Origin: Promethearchaeota archaeon
GTDB taxonomy: Archaea; Asgardarchaeota; Lokiarchaeia; Sigyniarchaeales; SOKP01
Assembly: GCA_019894975.1 (NCBI GenBank)
Contig: JAGXNO010000012.1
Location: 11,081-75,080 of the forward strand
Length of the DNA: 64,000 bases
Direction: 5' to 3'
This document shows, one piece after another, positions 1 to 8,663 of this stretch. The notes beneath the pieces are model-generated. The model saw only the letters and a list, made by a program, of their open reading frames with translations, ran no database searches and was not told the DNA's origin. The translations under genes and the position numbers were made by a program. Within the stretch, counting starts at the first letter, position 1. Every line of letters begins with the position of its first letter.

Positions 1-640
1 CGGCTGCAGGATTGTGAGGATTTGACCTATCTTTAGCAATAAATGTAGTTACAGGTGCTTTAGAAAGATGAGTGAACGTAACATCATGCCCAACACATAA
101 TCCAATTATGATATTTAAATCAGTTTTTGCTTTATTGAGTAATAGTGCTTGTGCTACAGGGTTACATGTCATAATTCCTATCGGATATCCTGTTTTTGAG
201 ATCATTGTAAATTCTTTAGGGACATCAACATCTGTCTTTTTAATTGATTCAGTTTTACAGCACGCGGAACATACTTCAAAACCATATTTAGTTAGAATTT
301 CAGCAGTTTTGCTAGCCTCTTTTCTCAAACCAACACAGAAAGCTAATCCTAACCTTTTAAAACCCATCCCTTTAGCATATTCTATTGTATCTTTTAAACG
401 GGGCCAATGAATATACCCCTGAGCTTCAACTATTGATGCGACGCTAGTTGACTTTTTCACAAATTCATCTGTTTTGTAGAGTTTCATTACTTCCTGTTCA
501 ATTTCAGAATTTACAATCATTGGACAATTTTCTTTTCCTGTATTAGGATTTCCCATTGTACAAAATTGAATGCTGTTACAACTATGGCACGTAGGACCTA
601 ATAACACTTCATTATTAGGTTTTTCTAAATCTTCTGGCAT
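1..640 (-). CDS. DUF1847 family Cys-rich metal-binding protein (3' end runs off the window; not in ORF track)
   Basis: Manual translation from ATG at 640: MPEDLEKP...CHSC...CPM...WPRLKDTIEYAKGMGFKRLGLAFCVGL...CCK...CNPVAQALLLNKAKTDLNIIIGLCVGHD...AKDR..HNPAA, the DUF1847 motif set. Confidence 0.85.
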   Translation of the reverse strand, partial: MPEDLEKPNNEVLLGPTCHSCNSIQFCTMGNPNTGKENCPMIVNSEIEQEVMKLYKTDEFVKKSTSVASIVEAQGYIHWPRLKDTIEYAKGMGFKRLGLAFCVGLRKEASKTAEILTKYGFEVCSACCKTESIKKTDVDVPKEFTMISKTGYPIGIMTCNPVAQALLLNKAKTDLNIIIGLCVGHDVTFTHLSKAPVTTFIAKDRSNPHNPAA

Positions 641-703
641 TTTAAATCACTATCCAATTAAATCATTATTTTCTATATTAAGTTTATTTTATCTAATAAT
701 TAC

Positions 704-1504
704 CTAAGATTTTTTATTAAGGGAAATAGCTTTATTTGGACATTTTGAAATACAGATTCCGCATCCAAAACACATCTTAGAATTCAATTGCAGTTTGCCA
801 TTATGCATAACTCTTGCTCCAAAATTACACCATTTTTCACAATTACCACAATTTATGCATAATTCTAAATCTGTCGTAGTAACAAAGTCACTTTTAACCA
901 TTTGTGGAGAACCACTCTTAAGAAATTTGTTTAGAACGACGCAACAGCAAGAACAACAATTACATACTAAATAATAAAACTGCGGATTTGGGAAATAGAT
1001 TAGTTGATGTATTAATCCTCTTTCATCGCATTCTTCTAATAGTTCTTTAATTTCTTTTTTTGTGACTTTTTTTAAATTGGAGGATTTAAACGGAATTTCA
1101 TATAAAGTTTCACCAAAACCAATATGAATGCATGTATGAAGAGGATGGTCGCAGTTAGGTTTATTGTATTTTCGTTGGATTGCTCTACAATAACACCAAC
1201 TAATCCCTACGACTTTCGATTTACTTAATAAGCCAAAAATCTCTTGAGAGGTAACAAATTTTGTGTCAACGTTAATATTCCTATCTAAGGGAACAACTTT
1301 TCCACCCCATCTACCCTTTAGAATATATTTATCAACAATACCTAAAGTATAGATTCTAAATTTCTCATCTATTTTTCGGAAAAATTCAAGTATAAATAAT
1401 TCAAAAATTCCAAATAAACTCGATAACACCCTACCCAAGGGAGGGATTTTCTTTAAGACTTTATCTAATTTAGATTCGAATACTCTATTAGGCAAAAACT
1501 TCAA
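704..1504 (-). CDS. 4Fe-4S dicluster ferredoxin-domain protein
   Basis: CYCR, CNCCSCCC and two CxxCxxCxxxC motifs (CINCGNCEKWC, CFGCGICISKCP). Confidence 0.85.
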   Translation of the reverse strand: MKFLPNRVFESKLDKVLKKIPPLGRVLSSLFGIFELFILEFFRKIDEKFRIYTLGIVDKYILKGRWGGKVVPLDRNINVDTKFVTSQEIFGLLSKSKVVGISWCYCRAIQRKYNKPNCDHPLHTCIHIGFGETLYEIPFKSSNLKKVTKKEIKELLEECDERGLIHQLIYFPNPQFYYLVCNCCSCCCVVLNKFLKSGSPQMVKSDFVTTTDLELCINCGNCEKWCNFGARVMHNGKLQLNSKMCFGCGICISKCPNKAISLNKKS

Positions 1505-1611
1505 ACTAATTGAACAAATAATTAAATTGTTTTAATTTTTATTATAAGAAATGATTTAAATTTTTATTTTAATTTTAGTTCATTTTTATGATCCTAGTAC
1601 GATATTAAATT

Positions 1612-1723
1612 GCGGGAATTGCCAAGTCTGGTAAAGGCGCTGGACTTAGATATTACTTCAATATCTGCTGGACTCAGAATTCAGTCTCGTAGGAGTTCGG
1701 GAGTTCAAATCTCCCTTCCCGCA
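1612..1723 (+). tRNA. tRNA-Leu (most likely CAG) with 28-nt non-canonical intron, probably at position 32/33 (1646-1673)
   Basis: Acceptor stem GCGGGAA/TTCCCGC plus discriminator A; D-arm GCC..GGC; anticodon stem CTGGA/TTCAG; long variable arm CTC-GTAG-GAG; T-arm GGGAG-TTCAAAT-CTCCC; BHB-like motif (helix CTGG/CTGG, two ACT bulges, 8-bp intron hairpin); T-run after the gene. Confidence 0.92.
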
Positions 1724-1896
1724 TTTTTTAAAAAATAATTCTTGGGGTAATATCCATTCATGCATTCACTGATAGGATTTATAAATTGATTACTGATTTT
1801 ATTCACTTAATAGAAATAATAAGGTATATTATTTTTTAAATCAAAAATGATAATATATTATTAAAATATTAAGAAAATCTATTCACACATATTATT

Positions 1897-2565
1897 ATGT
1901 CAAAAGAGCCCCCCCCAGAAGAAGAAGAAGAAAAATTAATTGTTTTCCAATATGTTGATGAACTGAATGAATATCAAGAGTTAGAGCTTGAAGCCGACGT
2001 TCAAATACCAGAATTACTTGATTCGGATTTTATCCTACTCTTCGTAGATCCTAAAAGATATCAAGTATGGATTTGGCATGGAGCTAATACTACAACTCGA
2101 ATGAAGTTTATTGCTGCTAAACTTGCACCAGGTATAAGGGATAGATATGGGATTGGATATAAAATCTCAGCAGTGGATGAGGCTAATGAAACTTTAGGTT
2201 TCAAAATAATGGCGGGCATCGAAAAAGAAATCGATTATACTGAAGTTCAAAAAGGACCAGCTTATACAGAGACTGAGGAAGGTTTAGAACTCATTGAATC
2301 GTTATCGAGAGAAAAAATCTTATTGATACTAGAAAAAGCGGGAATACCTGACGGATATGAGAGAAAAATGGTAATAGTAAAAAATAATATATTTGGTTAC
2401 AAAGAATATGACAGAGAATATTTAGGATCAACAATAAGAGAGAAAAAACTCTTTCCTTTAAAAGAGGAAGTTGAAGATGGAACATATTTAGCTGAGGATT
2501 ATACCCCTAGAATGCTCTTCTCGTATAATAATGTTGTTTTAACAGAACTTCTACTGAAAAAATAA
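1897..2565 (+). CDS. Asgard gelsolin-domain protein (one gelsolin domain plus an unknown C-terminal domain, 1DGelX-like)
   Basis: LLDSDFILLFVD...VWIWHG.NTTTRMKFIAAKLA..IRD...ISAVDEANETLGF matches the gelsolin repeat consensus. Confidence 0.75.
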   Translation: MSKEPPPEEEEEKLIVFQYVDELNEYQELELEADVQIPELLDSDFILLFVDPKRYQVWIWHGANTTTRMKFIAAKLAPGIRDRYGIGYKISAVDEANETLGFKIMAGIEKEIDYTEVQKGPAYTETEEGLELIESLSREKILLILEKAGIPDGYERKMVIVKNNIFGYKEYDREYLGSTIREKKLFPLKEEVEDGTYLAEDYTPRMLFSYNNVVLTELLLKK

Positions 2566-2577
2566 AGGAGAAGAAGA

Positions 2578-2724
2578 ATGAGCCGCCCAAAATATAGAAT
2601 TTCTCAAAAATCACGAATGAAAATTAGTAAAAAGAAAAAGCAGAGTATGGCTATATTCATTGCAATTCTGATTTTTATTAGTATTGTAATAAGTATAATA
2701 TTAGTTGCGTTTCCTCTTCTTTAA
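2578..2724 (+). CDS. Small 48-aa basic protein with C-terminal transmembrane helix (tail-anchored-like; not in ORF track)
   Basis: MSRPKYRISQKSRMKISKKKKQSMAIFIAILIFISIVISIILVAFPLL*; AGGAG SD upstream; starts 12 nt after the gelsolin gene stop. Confidence 0.65.
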   Translation: MSRPKYRISQKSRMKISKKKKQSMAIFIAILIFISIVISIILVAFPLL

Positions 2725-2798
2725 AGAAGGGTAAATAAATAACTATAAAATGAAAAATCCTTTATCTACCTTAATTAAATTAAATACCATTTATTACT

Positions 2799-3515
2799 TT
2801 GAAATTAAAGAAAATAGACTATATTTTCTTAGTTCTTATCATATTAATCACAATCCTCTCAATAGATTTAATAGTAAATGCAACGCACAGAGAGATAATT
2901 GAGGATATATCCAAATATGCACCTTTTCAAAATTTAGGTATGGGCCTTCTTGTGACTTTTTGGGTATGTTTGGTTGGTAACCTCCTTCCCGTTCCTACTC
3001 CTTATACTTTTGTCGTATGTTTTTCTTCTCAACCTTTTTTAGAGATTAATTACTTTATACCTTTACTCGTTGGATTTATAGCTTCATTAGGGTGCTTGGT
3101 TGGAGAATTGGGAGGATATTTTATTGGTAGAGGTGCTTCGGAATTGATATCAGAAGAAAGAACTGAGATTCTAAAGAGCTATCAGCAATTTCTTATTGAT
3201 CACCCAAAAGTTGCCCCTTTTTTGATATATCTATTCGGTTTAACACCGTTAAATGATGATATGATAACCATACCTTTAGGATTAATCAAATATGATGTTA
3301 AAAAAACTATCTTTTGGATTTGGCTAGGTAAATTATGTTTAATGCTAGTTTTTGCTTACAACTTACTAAATATCTGTTCGTTAATTGGAGGAGAGAGCTG
3401 GATTATATCCATTATCTCTCTTTATATAATTGTAATTTTAGTATATCTTATGCTTAGAGTAAGTATCTTAGACTTGATAAGAAAGTTAACGATTAGAAAG
3501 ACTAAAAAATTATAA
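2799..3515 (+). CDS. VTT/DedA (SNARE-associated Golgi) family membrane protein
   Basis: LPVPTPY, GELGGYFIGRG, FGLTPLNDDMITIPLG motifs; multiple TM helices. Confidence 0.8.
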   Translation: MKLKKIDYIFLVLIILITILSIDLIVNATHREIIEDISKYAPFQNLGMGLLVTFWVCLVGNLLPVPTPYTFVVCFSSQPFLEINYFIPLLVGFIASLGCLVGELGGYFIGRGASELISEERTEILKSYQQFLIDHPKVAPFLIYLFGLTPLNDDMITIPLGLIKYDVKKTIFWIWLGKLCLMLVFAYNLLNICSLIGGESWIISIISLYIIVILVYLMLRVSILDLIRKLTIRKTKKL

Positions 3516-3535
3516 AGTGATAAAGAAAAATGATT

Positions 3536-4932
3536 TTACGTAGATTTAAGTCTATCTCTCTTTTCTTTATGTAATTCTGTTATTTGTTTTTTAATGTCCT
3601 CTACTCGAGATTTTGTATAGGGATAATATAATAAGCAAATAAGTGTTGCTATAAGTGCAATAGCTGGGAACAGGAAAACAAGTAATTTAAGTCCTATTAT
3701 TGTGTTTACCCCAGGGATTGGGGTATAGTCTGACCAATCAGCCCCTGTAAACACTAATCCGACAGTTACGATTGATAATATCATCGACAACCTCATGAAG
3801 AAGTTAGTAATCCCAAAGAATGTTCCTTCACGCCTTACCCCTGTTTTAAGTTCATCTTCATCAATAACATCTGCGATAATAAGATATATGAAATATAGCA
3901 TACCCCCAAAACCGAATCCCATAAATGTGACTGTTATTAAGCACGTAATGAAACTATTGACAAAGAGTAATGGAATTGAAGCTAAAATATAAGCAATAAT
4001 TGAAATCGTATACGCTTTCAAGCTTCCGAGTTTGATATCTAATTTTCGCCAAATAATCACTGTAATTATACCCACGATAAACATTACTCCCAATAAAAGT
4101 GCTGTTAAAAAGGTATCAGTCACCCCAAGTACTTCTCTTGCATATAACGGAACTGTAGTGGCAAGTACGAGAAGAGTGTATTCATATAAGAAAAACATGG
4201 CAGTATAGAGCACAAATCCTTTGTTTTTGAATGTATATTTTAGCCCTTTGAAAAAACCGAAACCAGGCTGGTAATCCATTACGAATTCAGGGCGTTCTTT
4301 AGCGCCCCACTTTATAAAAATGAACATAGTAAGGCCTACAATTATTGAAGTAACGATACCATTAGTAAGATAACCCGATTTTACTGTTAGATCTTCTATG
4401 AATATTCCTAGAACAAGAAAAGCCAGGATTAATCCGATAGTAGATAAAACCTGCCTAATCATATTAACTTCAGCTCTTTCTTTTATAGTAGTATACAATT
4501 CAGGAAAAAGTGCGTCTGTGGGTAATGCTAACATCGTATAAAACGTATCATAGCAAATCAGCATTATTAGTAGATATATAAAACCTAAAACTTCATTTCC
4601 AGCAGGAGGTACCCATAATAATATTTCAATAATAAGAACAGGGATTAATCCAATCATTAAATATGGTCTGCGGCGTCCCCACCTAGTTTTTGTGCGATCG
4701 GATAAAAAACCAATCATAGGATCATTAAAAGTGTTCCAAATCGTCCATAATACAAATGCAAGAGTTATTGTTAAAGCTTCTAATCCTACAGCGGTAAAGT
4801 AGAACGAAAATACCCAAGTATTAAATGCACTGTTAATAAAGAATTGAGCAAATGAAGCCGTCCCAAAACTCCATTTCTGTCTTTTACCATACCCTCAAAT
4901 TGCACTTCTGGTTGTAGTTTTGAATCACTCAT
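3536..4932 (-). pseudogene. MFS glycoside-pentoside-hexuronide (GPH/MelB-like) transporter with a frameshift near the 5' end (or a sequencing indel)
   Basis: NDPMIGFLSDRTKTRWGRRRPY and DEDELKTGVRREG motifs. The transporter frame continues upstream of 4717 (YGKRQKWSFGTASFAQFF...WNTFNDP) to a TGA near 4895, while the natural start MSDSKLQPEVQF at 4932 is in another frame. Confidence 0.75.
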
Positions 4933-5084
4933 AGTATTTTTCACAAAAATTATATGTTTCTTAATATATTTGTTAGATTTCTTAAAATAGATTTCTAAAA
5001 AGAGCAATTTAGACTAAAATGTAAATCTGAATCTTAGATTTCTTGATTAGATTTTTATCTGGCCTTTTTCCATTTGAAATTTTT

Positions 5085-5300
5085 TTAGAATTTTGAATAT
5101 TTTTCAATGATATAATTCTGTAATGACCACACATATTTTTCAAGATTTAAAATTAAGATTTTTTGTTGTACTTTTCGTAAATATGGTACATTAAGTTGTT
5201 TGAATAATGACTTCAAATTATCTATTGTATCAAAAATTTCTACGATTACCTTCCAATCATTCGACCACTCAAAATCTTGACAATTTTGTACAAATTCCAT
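5085..5300 (-). CDS. Small hypothetical helical protein
   Basis: 71-aa ORF with protein-like composition filling the intergenic space. Confidence 0.55.
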   Translation of the reverse strand: MEFVQNCQDFEWSNDWKVIVEIFDTIDNLKSLFKQLNVPYLRKVQQKILILNLEKYVWSLQNYIIEKYSKF

Positions 5301-5423
5301 TTCATAATCATCTCGACATTATATTCTCTGATGGTATTCATACTAATTAAGCTTTATAAATATTTAGGAACTAATAAATTTCTGATAAACTAAAAAAAAA
5401 GAAGTTTTAATGCTTGAAGAATC

Positions 5424-6002
5424 TTACTTTACCATAATTACTACTGTCTCTGAAATATTTTGCATTACTCTAATTCTGTTTTTAGGATCTCCTGAATTTT
5501 TTGATATTCCAATGAGAAAATCAATAATTATTAAAGCGGATCCTTTGAAAATATTATTAATTGCATAGTTCGAAGAAGATGCTAATTGAAGAGTATGCTC
5601 ATCTACGGTTCTAATACTTAATGCCATTTTCCCCAGAGTTTGGCCATTATTATGTGCCTCTAAGCCCCAATGGTATAAAAAACCTATCAAAAAATCAAAC
5701 GGCATTGTAAACCACCATGCTCTAACAGGATCAAAGAAATTAAGTCCATACCATGGATTAATTAGAAGCCAGGAAAAAGCAGAACCGATCAAGCCAATAA
5801 TTATAGAATCAAAAATGAATGCAATTATTCGTTTTAACGAAGGAGCATAAATCACACCTTCTGGTTCAATCTTGTGTGTCGGGGTAGATGTTTCAGCTGG
5901 TTCTGTTCTCTCTTTCAAGTTTGCTCCACAAGCCTCACAAAACGCCGCATCTGGTTCTAATTCATTCCCACATTTGGGGCAAAATTTTAGTGCCATTTTC
6001 AA
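5424..6002 (-). CDS. Zinc-ribbon plus RDD domain membrane protein
   Basis: FCPKCG...FCEACG; KRIIAFIFDSII; GQTLGKMALSIRTV. Confidence 0.88.
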   Translation of the reverse strand: MKMALKFCPKCGNELEPDAAFCEACGANLKERTEPAETSTPTHKIEPEGVIYAPSLKRIIAFIFDSIIIGLIGSAFSWLLINPWYGLNFFDPVRAWWFTMPFDFLIGFLYHWGLEAHNNGQTLGKMALSIRTVDEHTLQLASSSNYAINNIFKGSALIIIDFLIGISKNSGDPKNRIRVMQNISETVVIMVK

Positions 6003-6153
6003 TACACCATACTTTTACACTTAAATTTTATTAATGTAAATTTTAATCTTATTCATTTTAAATATTTACTTAATTAAAGAGTTTTATAGTCCAATTTTAG
6101 ATATTATAAGCTTTGAATAATTTGGTTAAGAATATTTAGGTTTATTTAGAATT

Positions 6154-7296
6154 CTATAAATATAAATGAAATCCCTGTTCTATAAGCTCTTTCGCTCCGG
6201 AAAATTCAGAAACGTTAATTAATTTGTTTAGATCTTGAATTTCAAGTAATTCCTCGTGAAACTTTTCTTTAAATTTAAGAGTGAATTTTCTCATTAAATT
6301 TTGCAAAATTGCGTTTTTTCTATTTGTTATTAAAACCACCGCAAAACCTAAATCGTCATAGTTTACGATAATTTCAGTATTTTTTGTTTGAAGAACATCA
6401 ATTTGATTGCGTTTATCTACAAACTCAGATAATATGTGGTTAATCCCAATAAGGATATTTCCCCAGATAGCTGAATCTAATTCATCTGGAGATTTAGTAA
6501 ATTTGTAAGAATAAAGTAAAATTCCAGATTTATGATATATATTAACGTAATATATTTTATTTGTTAATTCTAAGAACATTTCAGGCTTTCTGAGCAAAAT
6601 TACGCAGAATCCAAAAATAATAATCCACAAAGAAATTATGTGTAACTCTCTAAATATCGGAGCTTTAAGGAAAATGTATAAAATGTACATTACTATAGGA
6701 ATGGGGAAAAATAGTGTATTTTTAATCAAACTCTTGGTTAGATTTTTATTTCGGGCTTTTTTATGAATGAGAATAGAAAGAGTAAAGTAATAAAATGCAT
6801 TTGAAAATTGGAAAATGGAAATTAATATCCCTGCAGTGAAACCATAGGTGTAATTTATTTGAGAAGGATCTTGTATAAAAAATGGGGGAGATTGAGAAAT
6901 ATTGATATTTATACTAATTGAGTTCGAGAAGAATAAAATTCCAATCAACATTCCTAAAAGAGTAATAAAGTACAGAAATGGAAAATCAGGCACCTCTTTA
7001 TAATGCCTTAGAAACGTGAATATTAAAGTATTTAGGAGTAAACTAACTAAACCAGAAAATATGGAAAGCTTCCATAAAAAAATATTTAGTGTTTCAGAAA
7101 AAAAAAAGGTGATCGAGCTGATATAAAGAGATGAATAGATAATTATAATGTTAAAAATTGTTAAAAAATTCAAAACTGCCATGAACTTAATTCCATAGTT
7201 TTCACGAAATCGTATAATATGAATTAGGGTAAAGATTGCTATACAAAAAATGAAAAAATACCCAATTCCTAATATAATAAAGAACGCGACATACAT
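6154..7296 (-). CDS. Multi-pass (about 7 TM) membrane protein with C-terminal longin-like domain
   Basis: About 240-aa hydrophobic N-terminus, then IYYVNIYHKSGILLYSYKF...ILIGINHILSEF...F.EKF longin-type pattern. Confidence 0.65.
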   Translation of the reverse strand: MYVAFFIILGIGYFFIFCIAIFTLIHIIRFRENYGIKFMAVLNFLTIFNIIIIYSSLYISSITFFFSETLNIFLWKLSIFSGLVSLLLNTLIFTFLRHYKEVPDFPFLYFITLLGMLIGILFFSNSISININISQSPPFFIQDPSQINYTYGFTAGILISIFQFSNAFYYFTLSILIHKKARNKNLTKSLIKNTLFFPIPIVMYILYIFLKAPIFRELHIISLWIIIFGFCVILLRKPEMFLELTNKIYYVNIYHKSGILLYSYKFTKSPDELDSAIWGNILIGINHILSEFVDKRNQIDVLQTKNTEIIVNYDDLGFAVVLITNRKNAILQNLMRKFTLKFKEKFHEELLEIQDLNKLINVSEFSGAKELIEQGFHLYL

Positions 7297-7360
7297 GATT
7301 TTATTCGTTATCTATATTTTCTATTCTGTAAACCATTCAAGAATTTTTTTAAATAATTTA

Positions 7361-8470
7361 TTATTTTTTAGTTTTTTGTATATATGGAGTAAAGGTTTCC
7401 GTGAGTAATCCTTTTGCATTTCCAAATTCAGAAACATCTATCAACCCTTTCATACTTTTCAATTTTTCTCCATTTAAATCTGAAAACTGACGCATAAAAT
7501 TACTAACTGCGTTTTCGATAAACGCATGTTTATGGTTTGTAGTCAGAATTATTGCATAATCATAGGTGTTATCGTATTCAAAAATTAAATCTCGATCCTT
7601 CATTTTTATGAGATTTAATTGATCTTTCCTATCAATAAAATTGGTTAGGATGTGATTTATCCCAATTAGGATTGATCCCTTTAATAAGGAATCATCTGTC
7701 TCCTTTCCTGTTTCAAAATTAAATGAATATAAGAGAATTCCACTCTTATGAAAGATGATAAAATCATAAATCTTATTTGTAAGCTCAAGAAATAGAGATG
7801 GTCTTCTATACATTGCATAAGATACAAAAATTGCTCCTATAAAATAAATAAGGTAGTAAATAATTTTATAAACTATGTTTTGAGTAAAGAGATGCATTGT
7901 ATAGGATATTATCACTGCGGAAAATTGGATGGTAAGTAACCCTAAATTTCTTCCTGATCCTTTATCTCTGACATCATTTAGATTATTAAATAGATAAAAT
8001 ATTAGAAGAGATAATACGATTATATTGAAAAATATTATAATTAATAACAGGATAGAATTAGTAAATCTGTAATAATAATTATTACTACTTCCTTGGAATA
8101 TTTCAATAGAATTTGGGAGAATTAATAAACTTGTAATCATTCCCCCTACAAGAGCATAAAGTATTGAAGGGAAACTAGATATTTTCTTGATTTTTAATGT
8201 CATTTTTTGCTGAATACTTAACACGCTGGTTGAGATTAACCAAAAGATTAAAGAAGTTTTCCATAACAATAGAGCAACAGATTCCTCTATTAAGGATTCT
8301 GTCGAAAGAGTATATAATGGGAAAAAAAATATACCAAAAAAAACATAAAGTAGAATGTTTAAAATTGTATTTCGATAAGTTCCATAAATTTCTCTTTTGA
8401 GAAGAGTATAATAAGTACCACCAATGGAAATACAAATCGATATAAATATAAGAATTATACTAAAAATCAC
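7361..8470 (-). CDS. Multi-pass (about 7 TM) membrane protein with C-terminal longin-like domain (tandem paralog of 6154-7296)
   Basis: Shares P.LFLELTNKIY..I.HKSGILLYS..F, ILIGINHIL and I.VSEF motifs with the neighbour. Confidence 0.65.
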   Translation of the reverse strand: MIFSIILIFISICISIGGTYYTLLKREIYGTYRNTILNILLYVFFGIFFFPLYTLSTESLIEESVALLLWKTSLIFWLISTSVLSIQQKMTLKIKKISSFPSILYALVGGMITSLLILPNSIEIFQGSSNNYYYRFTNSILLLIIIFFNIIVLSLLIFYLFNNLNDVRDKGSGRNLGLLTIQFSAVIISYTMHLFTQNIVYKIIYYLIYFIGAIFVSYAMYRRPSLFLELTNKIYDFIIFHKSGILLYSFNFETGKETDDSLLKGSILIGINHILTNFIDRKDQLNLIKMKDRDLIFEYDNTYDYAIILTTNHKHAFIENAVSNFMRQFSDLNGEKLKSMKGLIDVSEFGNAKGLLTETFTPYIQKTKK

Positions 8471-8663
8471 AAGTGAAAATCATCTATTATAGTGAATTTC
8501 TTCAATTAAATTAAAGATAATAGTATAATATTATATAAATATGTTTTATATTGTAATTATTTCAATTTTTCATTTATTCATATCTAATCTTCACCTATAC
8601 CGATTAAATTTATTAAATCGCAAATAAAAAAAGAACAAATAAACTCAAACCCTAGTTTAAGAA

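Noticed and set aside
72-410. 112-aa plus-strand ORF
   Set aside because: Antisense shadow of the DUF1847 gene on the minus strand
1651-1678. Canonical 37/38 intron giving tRNA-Leu(TAG) as the primary call
   Set aside because: Positions 32-35 (CTTA) have no complementary partner near the intron 3' end, so no canonical BHB forms; kept only as an alternative hypothesis
4786-5007. 73-aa ORF as a separate gene
   Set aside because: It contains the true start of the frameshifted MFS gene and then runs out of frame
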